Assembly: GCA_049975485.1 (NCBI GenBank)
Contig: JBNGDC010000005.1
Span: forward strand, 25,928-89,927
Source: Phycisphaerae bacterium
GTDB lineage: Bacteria; Planctomycetota; Phycisphaerae; SM23-33
Direction: 5' to 3'
Length of the DNA: 64,000 nt
Shown: positions 20,709 to 29,939 of the stretch, piece after piece
Numbering within the stretch: the stretch's first letter is position 1
Layout of the letters: each line of letters starts with the position of its first letter
Translations under genes and position numbers: made by a program
Notes under the pieces: generated by a model
What the model was told of the DNA's origin: nothing
The model's database searches: none
Seen by the model: the letters and a program-made list of their open reading frames with translations, nothing else

Positions 20709-21344
20709 TCAGAACGGGTTCAAGAAGTTCATTGCTCGTCCCAGCCAGCCGGGCTTGGTGTAGTTGTTCTCCTGACCGGTGCCCTTATAGACCACGCGGA
20801 AGTCGGCCACCCTGTCGCTGGAAACCTTGTTATCGAAATCAACGTCGCTGGGGCGGACTATGCCGCTTATCTGCACAATCTGCGTATCACCGGCGACCTC
20901 GCGTCGGCGCTGCCCGAGCACCACCATGTTGCCGTTGGGCAGCACATCCTGGACCACGACGGTTATCTGGTCGGTGACCCTGCGGTCGCTGTCGTATTCG
21001 GCGTCTCCCTTGAACGCGTTGCTGGAAGACGACTCGAACTCGGCCTCGGGGAAGTCGAACGTCTCGTCCCTCAGGGAGCCGCCTATGTCGCCCAGCTTCA
21101 ACGAGCCGCTCATGTTCCCGCTGCGCGTGTCGCTTTTTTCCATCTCACGCGACGTCTCGTTGGCGATGGTGCTCCGCTCGTTGATGACAACGGTTATCAC
21201 GTCGCCGATCTCACGCGCCTTGTCGTCGGTCGTTATGGCGCGGGTCCGCTGATTTCCTCTGGCCCAGAGCGAGTCGGCCGACGCAGTGTGGGCCATGAGG
21301 CCCGCCAGCAGCAGGATGACAAGCGATTTGAACTTCAGACTCAT
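20709..21344 (-). CDS. flgH: Flagellar L-ring lipoprotein
   Basis: 211 aa. SLWARGN...DDKAREIGDVITVVINE and the C-terminus GQENNYTKPGWLGRAMNFLNPF. Confidence 0.9.
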   Translation of the reverse strand: MSLKFKSLVILLLAGLMAHTASADSLWARGNQRTRAITTDDKAREIGDVITVVINERSTIANETSREMEKSDTRSGNMSGSLKLGDIGGSLRDETFDFPEAEFESSSSNAFKGDAEYDSDRRVTDQITVVVQDVLPNGNMVVLGQRRREVAGDTQIVQISGIVRPSDVDFDNKVSSDRVADFRVVYKGTGQENNYTKPGWLGRAMNFLNPF

Positions 21345-22318
21345 CGTTCAATCCCTTCGTAAACCGGTTGTACCGTTCCGTCGTACGCCACCCGGGCCGA
21401 AACCACCCGGTTGGAGTCCACGTTGCGGACACGAATGATGTCGCCGGGGGCGCCTTCCTCCAGCGTTCTTGCCAGCCACCGGAGCGTGAAGCCCTCTCCG
21501 TCGATCTTCATCACGACGGTCTGGTTACGCTCCACCACGAACGCGGGTTGGGCTCCCCGCAGAAAGCTGTCCCTCAGCACAGTCCCGGCCGATACCGACC
21601 GGATGGTGATCTGCCCGATGGGCGGCTGCCAGTTCGCGTTTTGCGGGCGATGCGAGGTGCTGGTTCGAACGGTCGTGTTCTGCTCGGTCAGCACTGTCCC
21701 GGCGGGCAGGTCTTCCGCGGCGACCGCTTCGCGATGGGGGTACATCACCCGGTACGCCAATTCCGTCCGACCGACCGTTTGCCCGCCGCTGACGGCCGAT
21801 ACGACAACCCGCACGCGGTTGCTCTGGTCGCTGTCGGCCAGAGCGGCCTCAAGCGAGATGTCCTCGTCGCCGGCCGGTACGGGCATATCGTCGGGAGTGC
21901 CGACCAGACGATAGACGCAACCTTCGGGTCCGGGACGCTTCTGTTCCAGCAACTCGTCGGCCCTGGATAGCAGTTCCTCGGAGGCGACGACATGCTCGCT
22001 ACGGCTGACGGTTACGCTGTCGGCTCCGGTTACGGCTATCCCGTCGGCGTCGAAACCGCTGGATGCCAATCGCGAAAGCACCGTGGAACGCTTGATTACC
22101 AGCGACTCGCCCGAGAAGGGCGCCCGCCCCATGGTCACCTGCTCGGCGCGTCGTGCGATGCTCTCGTCGTCGCTGCGGCATATCGCCAGGCGGCCCAGTG
22201 TCAGACTGTCGCCCCGTACGGACACTTCGCGCGGCAGGTGAACCCGAAGCTCATCGCCGCCGCAAGCGGCCGACGCCACCGCGAGTATCACTGCGAGGAT
22301 TAACACGATCCTGCTCAC
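21341..22318 (-). CDS. flgA: P-ring assembly chaperone FlgA
   Basis: GTG start gives VSRIVLILAVILAVASAAC. The C-terminus VVMKIDGEGFTLRWLARTLEEGAPGDIIRVRNVDSNRVVSARV is the FlgA/SAF pattern. The longer ORF would overlap flgG. Confidence 0.8.
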   Translation of the reverse strand: MSRIVLILAVILAVASAACGGDELRVHLPREVSVRGDSLTLGRLAICRSDDESIARRAEQVTMGRAPFSGESLVIKRSTVLSRLASSGFDADGIAVTGADSVTVSRSEHVVASEELLSRADELLEQKRPGPEGCVYRLVGTPDDMPVPAGDEDISLEAALADSDQSNRVRVVVSAVSGGQTVGRTELAYRVMYPHREAVAAEDLPAGTVLTEQNTTVRTSTSHRPQNANWQPPIGQITIRSVSAGTVLRDSFLRGAQPAFVVERNQTVVMKIDGEGFTLRWLARTLEEGAPGDIIRVRNVDSNRVVSARVAYDGTVQPVYEGIER

Positions 22319-22328
22319 TGGCGCTCTC

Positions 22329-23120
22329 CTAGGTAAGCATCTGGTTGGTGGAGCGGAGCATTTCATCGCCGGCGCGGATGGCGCGGGCGTTGATCTCATA
22401 GGCCCGCTGTGCCTGGATAAGCTCCACCAGTTCGGTAACCATCTGAACGTTGGACCTCTCCAGGAAGCCCTGCTGAATGGAACCGGCGCCGGAAGTACCC
22501 GGCGTAACCACGTTGGGCGAGCCGCTGGCGGCGGTCTCCGACAGCAGGTTGCCGCCCTCACTGCTCAGCCCGGACGGGTTGGCAAAGCGGGCGACCTGGA
22601 TATTGCCGACCACACTTGGGGTATTGTCGTTGTTTCCGGAAAAGACCGTCACGGTTCCGTCGCGGCCGATGCTGATGGAGCGGGCGTCGGTCGGAATGCT
22701 GATGGCCGGCTCCAGCAGGTTGCCGCCGCTGGTTACTAGGTTTCCGTTGGCGTCCACTCTCAACGAACCGTCGCGCGTGTAGCGGATTTCACCGCCGGGC
22801 GTGGTGACCTGAAGGAAGCCGTCACCCTCGATGGCGATATCCAGGGACCGCCCGGTGTTCTGCATCTCGCCCTGGGTGAAGAGCTTCAGCGTCGAGGCCG
22901 GCCTGACGCCGCTGCCTATTTCCAGGCCGCTGGGGGCATTGACGCCGGCGGAGACTTCCCTGCCGGCTTCTTTGATCCTCAGATACATCAGGTCCTGGAA
23001 GTCCACTTGGCTGCGCTTGAAGCCGACGGTGTTGATGTTGGCGAGGTTGTTCGCCAGCGTATCGACGATCATCTGCTGGGCGGTCATGCCCGTGGCGGAT
23101 GTTGAAAATGCACGTAACAT
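22329..23120 (-). CDS. flgG: Distal rod protein
   Basis: 263 aa. TLANNLANINTVGFKRSQVDFQDLMY and the C-terminus LIQAQRAYEINARAIRAGDEML. Confidence 0.95.
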   Translation of the reverse strand: MLRAFSTSATGMTAQQMIVDTLANNLANINTVGFKRSQVDFQDLMYLRIKEAGREVSAGVNAPSGLEIGSGVRPASTLKLFTQGEMQNTGRSLDIAIEGDGFLQVTTPGGEIRYTRDGSLRVDANGNLVTSGGNLLEPAISIPTDARSISIGRDGTVTVFSGNNDNTPSVVGNIQVARFANPSGLSSEGGNLLSETAASGSPNVVTPGTSGAGSIQQGFLERSNVQMVTELVELIQAQRAYEINARAIRAGDEMLRSTNQMLT

Positions 23121-23148
23121 TGCGGTCTCCCGTTATCTGCGTTTTTTG

Positions 23149-23880
23149 CTACGACATGGCCACCTGCATCAGCCGCTTCGCCCGCTCGTTCTGGGCGGCT
23201 ATGGACCTGAGGTTGGCCTCGTACATTCTGGTTACCGTGATAAGCCCAACGAGGGCTTCGACTGTATTGACGTTGGAGGACTCCGTCGCTCCCTGGTGGA
23301 CTACGGTGTCGGCGGCCGGGGACGCAGCGGCTCCCTCAGGCGCCCGGAAGGCGTTCGAGCCGACCGGCTCCAGCACCGACGTATCCTCGAAGCGCACAAT
23401 TTGCAGCCGACCTATGTTCTGTCCGCCGGCCGATATGTTGCCGTCGTTGGAGACGTGTATGTCGGTTACGCCGACGTTCGGGGGTATGGTCAGCGGTCCG
23501 CCGTCGCCGGCGACGGTCCTGCCGGACATGTCGGTCAGGCGTCCCTGGTCGTCTGTTACGAAGCTGCCGTTGCGGGTGTAGCGCGGTCCCTCAGCGGTTT
23601 CGAGGACGAAAAAACCGTCCCCCGCCAAAGCCAGGTCCAGTGAGCGCCCCGTAACGTTCAGCGCCGCCTGGGAGAAGTCGATTCCGGTTACCGGACGGAC
23701 AAGGTCGGCGCCGCCGGCCGGCGCGCCGCCGGCAAGCTGACGCTGAAGAGCGGCCGAGAAGGCCGTCACCTGACGCTTGTAGCCGGCCGTGTTGGCATTG
23801 GCGAGATTGTGCGCAATCGCCTGGTACTGCTCGCTCAGCGCCCTCAAGCTCGATGCCGTAGCGGCAATGGAATCCTTCAT
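23149..23880 (-). CDS. flgF: Proximal rod protein
   Basis: 243 aa. AIAHNLANANTAGYKRQ and the C-terminus ITVTRMYEANLRSIAAQNE. Confidence 0.85.
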   Translation of the reverse strand: MKDSIAATASSLRALSEQYQAIAHNLANANTAGYKRQVTAFSAALQRQLAGGAPAGGADLVRPVTGIDFSQAALNVTGRSLDLALAGDGFFVLETAEGPRYTRNGSFVTDDQGRLTDMSGRTVAGDGGPLTIPPNVGVTDIHVSNDGNISAGGQNIGRLQIVRFEDTSVLEPVGSNAFRAPEGAAASPAADTVVHQGATESSNVNTVEALVGLITVTRMYEANLRSIAAQNERAKRLMQVAMS

Positions 23881-23890
23881 GGTCGCAGTC

Positions 23891-25048
23891 CTATGCGGTC
23901 GCGCCGACGGGTGCTTCGGCCGGCTCCGGCTGTTGTTCCTGCTTGTCCGACTTCTGTCGGCGTTCGGCCTCGTTGGTGTAGCGGACCAGTTCGTCCACCT
24001 CCGGCTCGCTCAGGCCCACCAGCTCCAGCGCGATGTCGGCCTCGCCGTCGTTGCCCGGCGAGAGGATGCGGCGGACCCTTCCGAAGCCCTGGATGGTCTT
24101 GTCCTGTTCCATCTGCATTACCACGAGCACGCGCTCCCCGACCCTCGCGGAGACAGGCCCGCGCAGACGCAGCCCGCATCCGGCGATCTCGGTCATGCGG
24201 CAGGGGACGAACTGCGGGGCCGTGAGCTGACCCGTCGTCGCGAACGGGTAGGCGGACGCCAGCGCCGCCTTGTCCGTCGGCACGCGACGGAAGCGGCGCC
24301 GGTTGATATATCGTGCCCGCTCCATGTGACTGAGGCGAATCTTGCCGTTGCTATGCTCCGAGACGGTCGCGTCGAATTCCCAGACCTTGCCCTCGCGCGA
24401 GTAACGAACCAGCCAGGACTCCCCGGGCTTGCACTCCACCGGTACGGTGGGGCTTACCAGCAGGTCCGAGGGGTCCGCGTGGTCCACCACGGCGTCAAAG
24501 CCGCTGGCCTTGCCGCGATGGATAATCGAAAGCTTCGCGCCGGGGATTATCTTCCGGCTGACGCCCTCGGACTCCACGGCCGAGTCCATCGACTGGCAGA
24601 AGCCCAGCTTCTCGCGGATCCGTTCGCATGTGGCCAGCAGCTCGTTGCGCTCGGCCTGAGGCCGGGACATGAAACGCTTGTCGGTCTGGATTGCGTTGAT
24701 GGCGTAGTCGAAGGTCGGCTCGCTGGTGAAGATAACCTCGGGTTTCTTCACGCGGGCCACCGCACACAGAAGCTTCAATACCTGTCGCTCCCTGTCGCTC
24801 AACCCGGTCTGCCCGCAGAGCCCCTGGAAGGCCCGCCAGGCGCGTTTTTTGCGCTCGGCGCGGTAGTAGAGCAGCGACACTACCGTCAGCAGCACCAGCC
24901 CCCCGGCCGCCAGCGCCAGCCCCCAGGCCCACCAGCTGCCGGCGGGTGTGGACATGTCCCGCAGTGCGTTGAGCCGATCGCTCGGGCTTAGCTGGGCCCG
25001 CAGGACGCCGCCTATCGCCGAGAGGTCATATGCGAACATCGGTATCAA
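23891..25048 (-). CDS. Membrane-anchored YcgR-like PilZ-domain protein
   Basis: 385 aa. One TM helix (WWAWGLALAAGGLVLLTVVSLLYY), a PilZN-like beta domain, then the RxxxR motif INRRRFRRV. The second PilZ motif is degenerate (TEIAGCG where D/NxSxxG is expected). Confidence 0.65.
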   Translation of the reverse strand: MIPMFAYDLSAIGGVLRAQLSPSDRLNALRDMSTPAGSWWAWGLALAAGGLVLLTVVSLLYYRAERKKRAWRAFQGLCGQTGLSDRERQVLKLLCAVARVKKPEVIFTSEPTFDYAINAIQTDKRFMSRPQAERNELLATCERIREKLGFCQSMDSAVESEGVSRKIIPGAKLSIIHRGKASGFDAVVDHADPSDLLVSPTVPVECKPGESWLVRYSREGKVWEFDATVSEHSNGKIRLSHMERARYINRRRFRRVPTDKAALASAYPFATTGQLTAPQFVPCRMTEIAGCGLRLRGPVSARVGERVLVVMQMEQDKTIQGFGRVRRILSPGNDGEADIALELVGLSEPEVDELVRYTNEAERRQKSDKQEQQPEPAEAPVGATA

Positions 25049-25054
25049 AGCTCC

Positions 25055-26698
25055 TTAGCGGATCAGCGAGGTAAGCTCACGCAGCATCTCATTGGTGACG
25101 GTGATGGTTCGCGCGTTGGCCTGGAAGCCGTTCTGTGCCTGGATGAGGTTTACGAACTCCGTCGCGACGTCCACGTTGGATTTTTCCAGCGAACCGCCGC
25201 GGACCGAGCCGGCGCCGGCCGACTGTGCCGTCGTCGGGATGGGTTCTCCGGAGTTCGCGGACGGCTCGTAATAGTTGCCTCCGACGCTCTGAAGGGCCGC
25301 GGGGTTCTGGAAGGTCGCCAGTCTCAGGGCGGCGATGTCGCGGCGGACGCCGTTGGTGAACACACCGGTAAGAATGCCCTCGCGGGTGACCGACAGATCG
25401 CTGAGCCAGCCGGCCTCGTAGCCGTCCTGGCTGCTGGGGAACACGGTGGAGTCGCCGCCGAACTGCGTCAGACCGTCGTGCTCGCCCACACTCCCGAGGT
25501 CCAACGAGATGGTCCGAACGTTCGTGGGGTCGTGCCCGAAGGTCATCTGGATACTGGATGAGTCCCCGCCGGTCAGTCCCGCGAAAGCGCCGTTGTCGGG
25601 CGAGAACTCGATGCCCTCGACCCGGCGGTCGTCAAGCGCCTCTACATCGCCGGTGACGCTGGTTACCACCATGTCCCAGGTGTTGGCGGTGTCGGTCCGC
25701 GCGAAGGCCACCGAAAGCACGTGGCTGACACCCAACGTGTCGTATATCTCGACGGATGATTTCTTGACGGCCTCTCCGCCCACCTCGTCGAGCTGGAAGT
25801 AGGCCGGCAGCTCCAGCGTGCCGGCGCCGCTGTAGGACAGGTTCAGGTCGGTCTGGCTGTAGCCCGCCTCGTCGTCGGTCAACTGTATCTTGCCGTTCAC
25901 CAGTTCGGCGGTGCTGTCGCCAAATTCGGCATTCAACGCATCCAGCAGGTCCTGCATGGTAGTGGCGGCGGAGTCTATGACCAGCGAAGCGTTCACGGCC
26001 GTTCCGTCCCGCTGGGTGCCGGTAATGGTGATGGTGTCCCCGGTGGTAATAGAGTCGGCCTGGTCCAGGTTGGCTATCAGTGTGGAGGCGGACGCCTCGC
26101 TTCCGTCGCCCGTGGTGAAGGAGATAGTCGAAGAAAGCTGGTTCGTCGTGGGATCGCTCTCGTCGGCGCTGAGATTGCCGGTGTAGGAGATATTCTCCGT
26201 GGCGTTGGCGGGCAGGGACGTGTCGTAGGGGACCCGGATGGCGTCGCTGGTGGAGCTTTGGAAGCCCTCCGTCACCCCGGTGGAGCCGATTCTCTGCACG
26301 CGGTAGCCCGTGGACGGGTCCACGAGGTAGTTCTCGGAGTCCACCGCGAACGCGCCCGCCCGGGTGTAGAGGTTGCGCTCGCCGTCATTGACGACGAAGT
26401 AGCCGTCGCCCTCGATCGCCAGGTCCAGCGCCTGACCAGTGTTTTCCATGTGCCCCTGAGTCATGTTGCGGTCGATGCTGCCGATCTCCACGCCGCTGCC
26501 GATCTCCTGCGGGTTGCTGCCGCCCAGGGCGTCGCTCGGTCCCATGGCCGTCTTGAGCGTCTGGCTGAGCAGGTCGGCGAAGGTCACCCGCCCGGTCTTG
26601 TAGGCCAGCGTATTGACGTTGGCGAGGTTGTTGCCGGCCACGTCGAGCATCTGCTGGTGGGACTTCAGCCCGCTGACACCTGTAAGTAGTGAGCCCAT
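25055..26698 (-). CDS. flgE: Flagellar hook protein
   Basis: 547 aa. MGSLLTGVSGLKSHQQMLDVAGNNLANVNTLAYK and the C-terminus FVNLIQAQNGFQANARTITV. Confidence 0.95.
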   Translation of the reverse strand: MGSLLTGVSGLKSHQQMLDVAGNNLANVNTLAYKTGRVTFADLLSQTLKTAMGPSDALGGSNPQEIGSGVEIGSIDRNMTQGHMENTGQALDLAIEGDGYFVVNDGERNLYTRAGAFAVDSENYLVDPSTGYRVQRIGSTGVTEGFQSSTSDAIRVPYDTSLPANATENISYTGNLSADESDPTTNQLSSTISFTTGDGSEASASTLIANLDQADSITTGDTITITGTQRDGTAVNASLVIDSAATTMQDLLDALNAEFGDSTAELVNGKIQLTDDEAGYSQTDLNLSYSGAGTLELPAYFQLDEVGGEAVKKSSVEIYDTLGVSHVLSVAFARTDTANTWDMVVTSVTGDVEALDDRRVEGIEFSPDNGAFAGLTGGDSSSIQMTFGHDPTNVRTISLDLGSVGEHDGLTQFGGDSTVFPSSQDGYEAGWLSDLSVTREGILTGVFTNGVRRDIAALRLATFQNPAALQSVGGNYYEPSANSGEPIPTTAQSAGAGSVRGGSLEKSNVDVATEFVNLIQAQNGFQANARTITVTNEMLRELTSLIR

Positions 26699-26735
26699 AA
26701 TTCCATCCTCTGCAAAAGGGACCTGGGTTTACGCG

Positions 26736-27485
26736 TCAATTACCTGTGTTGACTATGTCGCCTAACGTGAAGTCGTGATCGCCGCTGCGCAGGTAGACCA
26801 CGTTTCCATCGATATAGACGGTGTCCACGACACCGGTGCGTGTTCCGATCTGCCCCGGCGGGTTGAACGAGACGTGCTCGCCGAGAAGCTCGGCCGCCTG
26901 TTTCTGGCGTGAGGTCTGTGCATCGCCGGTAACCGACCGCACGTCGCCGGGGCGTATGAGGTACTGGTCCACCTGAAGAAAGACCTGTCCGTCCTGCCTG
27001 GTGACCGCGGAGACCGTTCCCCCGCGAGTCGCCGTCTCGCCGGGAGGTGCGAAGGTGATGTCGCGCCCCAGGAGTCCGGCGGCCTCGGTGTCGGTAACGC
27101 CGCCGAAACCGTTGCCGACGCTGCGGATGTCTTCCAGCGCAACGGTGTGCCCGCCGGCGTGGACCATTACCTGCCCGTCATCGACGGTAACCTTCTGCAC
27201 CCATTCGGTTACGGCCGACTTGCTGCCCGAGGGCACGAAGGAGACCGACTGCCCGATCAGCGACGAGGCCTGCGAAAGCTGCATGCTCCCCAGCACCTTC
27301 TGGAACATGCCGCTTATGTTCTCCACCTGCTCAAGTTGTGAGAGCTGCGTGAGCTGCGTAGCCATCTGGTTGTTGTCCATCGGCTCCAGCGGATTCTGGT
27401 TCTGCAACTGCGTGATGAGCAGTTTCAGATAGTCGGTGCGAATGTCGCTGGAGGAGCCGCCCATGGACGAAATCGCGCTCATCAC
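26736..27485 (-). CDS. flgD: Hook capping/assembly protein
   Basis: 249 aa. YLKLLITQLQNQNPLEPMDNNQMATQLTQLSQLEQ. Confidence 0.9.
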   Translation of the reverse strand: MMSAISSMGGSSSDIRTDYLKLLITQLQNQNPLEPMDNNQMATQLTQLSQLEQVENISGMFQKVLGSMQLSQASSLIGQSVSFVPSGSKSAVTEWVQKVTVDDGQVMVHAGGHTVALEDIRSVGNGFGGVTDTEAAGLLGRDITFAPPGETATRGGTVSAVTRQDGQVFLQVDQYLIRPGDVRSVTGDAQTSRQKQAAELLGEHVSFNPPGQIGTRTGVVDTVYIDGNVVYLRSGDHDFTLGDIVNTGN

Positions 27486-27491
27486 AAACTC

Positions 27492-29201
27492 CTATATCCA
27501 CACGTTGATGACGTCGTCGCTGATTTGCGCGCTCTGCGGGGTATCGACGGATACTGTCGTCTCCGCCGCCGGCTCGGCTTCCGGCTCGGCAGGCCCGGCC
27601 GTGCCGGAATAACCCCGCTCACCGGTCTGCGCCTGCGAATTGCCGAAGTCCGACAGTTGCGAGTTTGCCGACCCGCCGCCGTTGTCCGCGAGGTTCAGGT
27701 CCATCCGGCGAAGCTGCACGCCGGAATCACTCAACCGGCTCATAAGTGCCGGCAGTTCTCTTTGAAGCTCTCCCAGTGTGCGGGGATTGCTGACCTCCAG
27801 CGTTCCGCGAAGCTGCTGGCCGTCCGACTCGAACGTGATCCTCACGCTGCCCAGCTCCGGAGGGTTCAGTCGGATGGTCAACTGCCGACCCGCGCGGGCC
27901 TGACCGGCGTTGACGGTCTCGGCCACGGTGTCCGCTACCTGTGAGGCGGGTGTGCGTGGCCCGGCGGGGATGGTTCCGGCCTGCGTTGCCTGGCTCTGTC
28001 CGGAAACCGGCTGGGCTTCCGACGCGACCTGGGTAACCGGCTGGGGCTGCCCGGTCTGATCGCCTTCCCGACCCCTGCCTGAGACCCTTATCTGCGCCTC
28101 CGGACCTGCGGCTTCCCGAAGTGCGGTTTGGAATTTCTCGGCCGCGGCGGCGCCTTGCCGGCCGTTCTCGGCCCCATTCTGGGAGGTCTGGCCGGTCTGG
28201 TCGCCGACCGCCTGCCGCAGCTCGCCGGTGTTTCTGGTTGCCGTCTGCGCGGCGTTCCGCAACTGCTGGTTCGTATTATCCGCGGTTTGGGAGTCCTGCA
28301 CTGCCTCGGCCGCCCGGACTACGCGCGCCGGTTCACTGCCGGCGGGTCTCGGCTCCACGGCCGCGGAGGTTTGCTCGGACTGCCGTACCTGCTCGCCGGA
28401 CTCGCCCACAACAGAGACGCGCTGCCGGGCGGATTCGCCGCCGGCGCCGGACTCGCCGGTCAACTGCTGCCGGTTGAGTTGACCGGGGGCCCGCTCGACC
28501 TGTGTACCGCCGGTCGCGGCCTTGCTTTCTGTGGCGCCATCGGCTTTGCCCGCGGCTACGGCATCCGCTGATACCTTCCCGGCGACGCGGACGGCAGCGT
28601 CGGCTTGTGCGGCCTGCTGGGGTACCTTCACACCGGCCTGCATCTGGACGCCGGCTGCATCTGTTGGCTTGGCCTTACCGTCGGCGACGGCACCGGCGGG
28701 CACTATCAGCATCAGCTTGCCGCCATTACCTTGGGCGGCTTCTCCCTCGTCGGAGCCGTTGCCCGCGGGCTGGGGGATGACCACCTCCACAACCTGCCCC
28801 TCGGCCGGGGCTTCGGTCTGCCCTGCGACGGCCTGGATTGACGCACCTTCGGGCAGTTCGACCGCGCCGCCGGCGGCAAGCATCTCCAGAATCGCAGCGA
28901 AGGACGGTCGGACCGCGTTCTTGCCTTCGTTCGATTTGCCTTCGTCGTCTTTGGACTGCCCGATACGCCGCCGCTCACTGACTACAGCGCCTTTCCGGCT
29001 GGTCTCACGGCCACGGGTATCAGACATATCAGTAGAGGCGCGCTGCTCGGCCGTCGTCTGGCTCTCCTGGCTCTGCGCCTGCGTCTGTGCCAGACCCGTA
29101 AGCAGCCCGTCGCTTTGGGCGGGGTCGGGCTTGTCCATCATGCGCGGCCTTGGGGCCTGCGGTATCAACAGGTCTGCAATCTGTATGGCTGTAGTGCCCA
29201 T
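27492..29201 (-). CDS. fliK: Hook-length control protein
   Basis: Start MGTTAIQIADLL (SD AAAGGA). Long Q/A/G-rich low-complexity middle. C-terminal Flg_hook domain RLNPPELGSVRITFESDGQQLRGTLEVSNP. Confidence 0.8.
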   Translation of the reverse strand: MGTTAIQIADLLIPQAPRPRMMDKPDPAQSDGLLTGLAQTQAQSQESQTTAEQRASTDMSDTRGRETSRKGAVVSERRRIGQSKDDEGKSNEGKNAVRPSFAAILEMLAAGGAVELPEGASIQAVAGQTEAPAEGQVVEVVIPQPAGNGSDEGEAAQGNGGKLMLIVPAGAVADGKAKPTDAAGVQMQAGVKVPQQAAQADAAVRVAGKVSADAVAAGKADGATESKAATGGTQVERAPGQLNRQQLTGESGAGGESARQRVSVVGESGEQVRQSEQTSAAVEPRPAGSEPARVVRAAEAVQDSQTADNTNQQLRNAAQTATRNTGELRQAVGDQTGQTSQNGAENGRQGAAAAEKFQTALREAAGPEAQIRVSGRGREGDQTGQPQPVTQVASEAQPVSGQSQATQAGTIPAGPRTPASQVADTVAETVNAGQARAGRQLTIRLNPPELGSVRITFESDGQQLRGTLEVSNPRTLGELQRELPALMSRLSDSGVQLRRMDLNLADNGGGSANSQLSDFGNSQAQTGERGYSGTAGPAEPEAEPAAETTVSVDTPQSAQISDDVINVWI

Positions 29202-29230
29202 GGGGCGGTCCTTTCGCGGGCAGGCATCTG

Positions 29231-29247
29231 TGCAAGAAGCGTGCCGG
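29231..29247 (-). promoter_or_regulatory. Sigma-54 promoter of the fliK-to-flgL unit
   Basis: Minus strand CCGGCACGCTTCTTGCA, with correct GG-N10-GC spacing. The -12 element is ~30 nt upstream of the fliK ATG. Confidence 0.65.
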
Positions 29248-29939
29248 AAACGGCAATACGACAACATAAATATCGTAAGACCTTATTCAGACCGCACTTG
29301 AACGGCGAGGATCCGGCATGGGGCCGTCGCGTGCCAGACCGGAACTACGGAGCGGACCAGGAAGAAACTTCCGTGCATGGGGAACAAAACTCCGCCCCCG
29401 TGTACCCTCAGACCTGCGGATTTCAGGCCGGCTGCCTGTGGGGCTGCGCCGCCCGCCTGCGCACAAGAAAAGTTGTTTTAGTCACTTGCGATGTTTGCGG
29501 CCGACCTGTATCTTCCTGCACCAACAGCCCGCTTGACGGCAAAGGAACACACGCATTTTGTGCGGTATGCGGGCGGGCGTTACCGGCAAGGAGGCCGATA
29601 AGCCATTATCTGTTCAGGGCCGACTGGAATGGAATCCACCGCCGGCGACTTTCACAACACAGTGTACAGCAGCGGCCGGTGTCGGCGGTCACTCCCCGCC
29701 GGGACGGGCCGTCGTCGCCTGCCGTTGAAGCGGTTTCCGGGGGTCCGCGGAACCGTCGAGACGCCTCCAGGGGGCGGAAGTTCCCATCTTGGGCTAATCC
29801 TTCCCGGATACTTTGGCCGAATAGGTATGCGTATCGGGGCTTACGTTCCCGCCGACCGGCGGGGGGCCTCGAGCGCGCGCGGGCGGCATGCCGCGCGGGT
29901 CACCTCATTGTGTCTCTGTATTTGGTCGTGAGGAATGAC

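Noticed and set aside
24700-24790. LSDRERQVLKLL in the N-terminal part of the PilZ protein resembles the start of a LuxR/GerE HTH.
   Set aside because: The rest of the GerE signature (the SNKEIA-type second helix and the recognition helix) is absent, and the segment follows directly after a TM helix. I treat it as coincidental.
26711-26724. Sigma-54-like AGGTCCCTTTTGCA (minus strand) in the flgD-flgE gap.
   Set aside because: The GG-to-GC spacing is two bases too short for a -24/-12 promoter.
27700-28900. Highly repetitive-looking Q/A/G/P-rich region that generates many overlapping ORFs in several frames.
   Set aside because: It lies inside fliK, whose central region is characteristically low-complexity and length-variable. 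The flanking N-terminal and C-terminal (Flg_hook) parts are in the same frame, so it is not an independent repeat element.
29594-29601. Perfect sigma-28 -10 octamer GCCGATAA in the fliK/activator intergenic region.
   Set aside because: There is no TAAA/TCAAG-type -35 element at the required 11-nt spacing (the sequence there is GGGCGTTA). It is probably a chance match.
29115-29939. N-terminal 275-aa extension of the first activator ORF. It includes a zinc-ribbon-looking CDVCGRPVSSC...FCAVCGRAL segment.
   Set aside because: Third-codon positions in this stretch are not GC-enriched (for example aaa gtt gtt tta gtc act tgc gat gtt). The extension overlaps the fliK start and its sigma-54 promoter. 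There is no ATG or SD until 29940, where a GAGGA SD precedes the REC-like domain. I treat it as non-coding and the CxxC pairs as chance.
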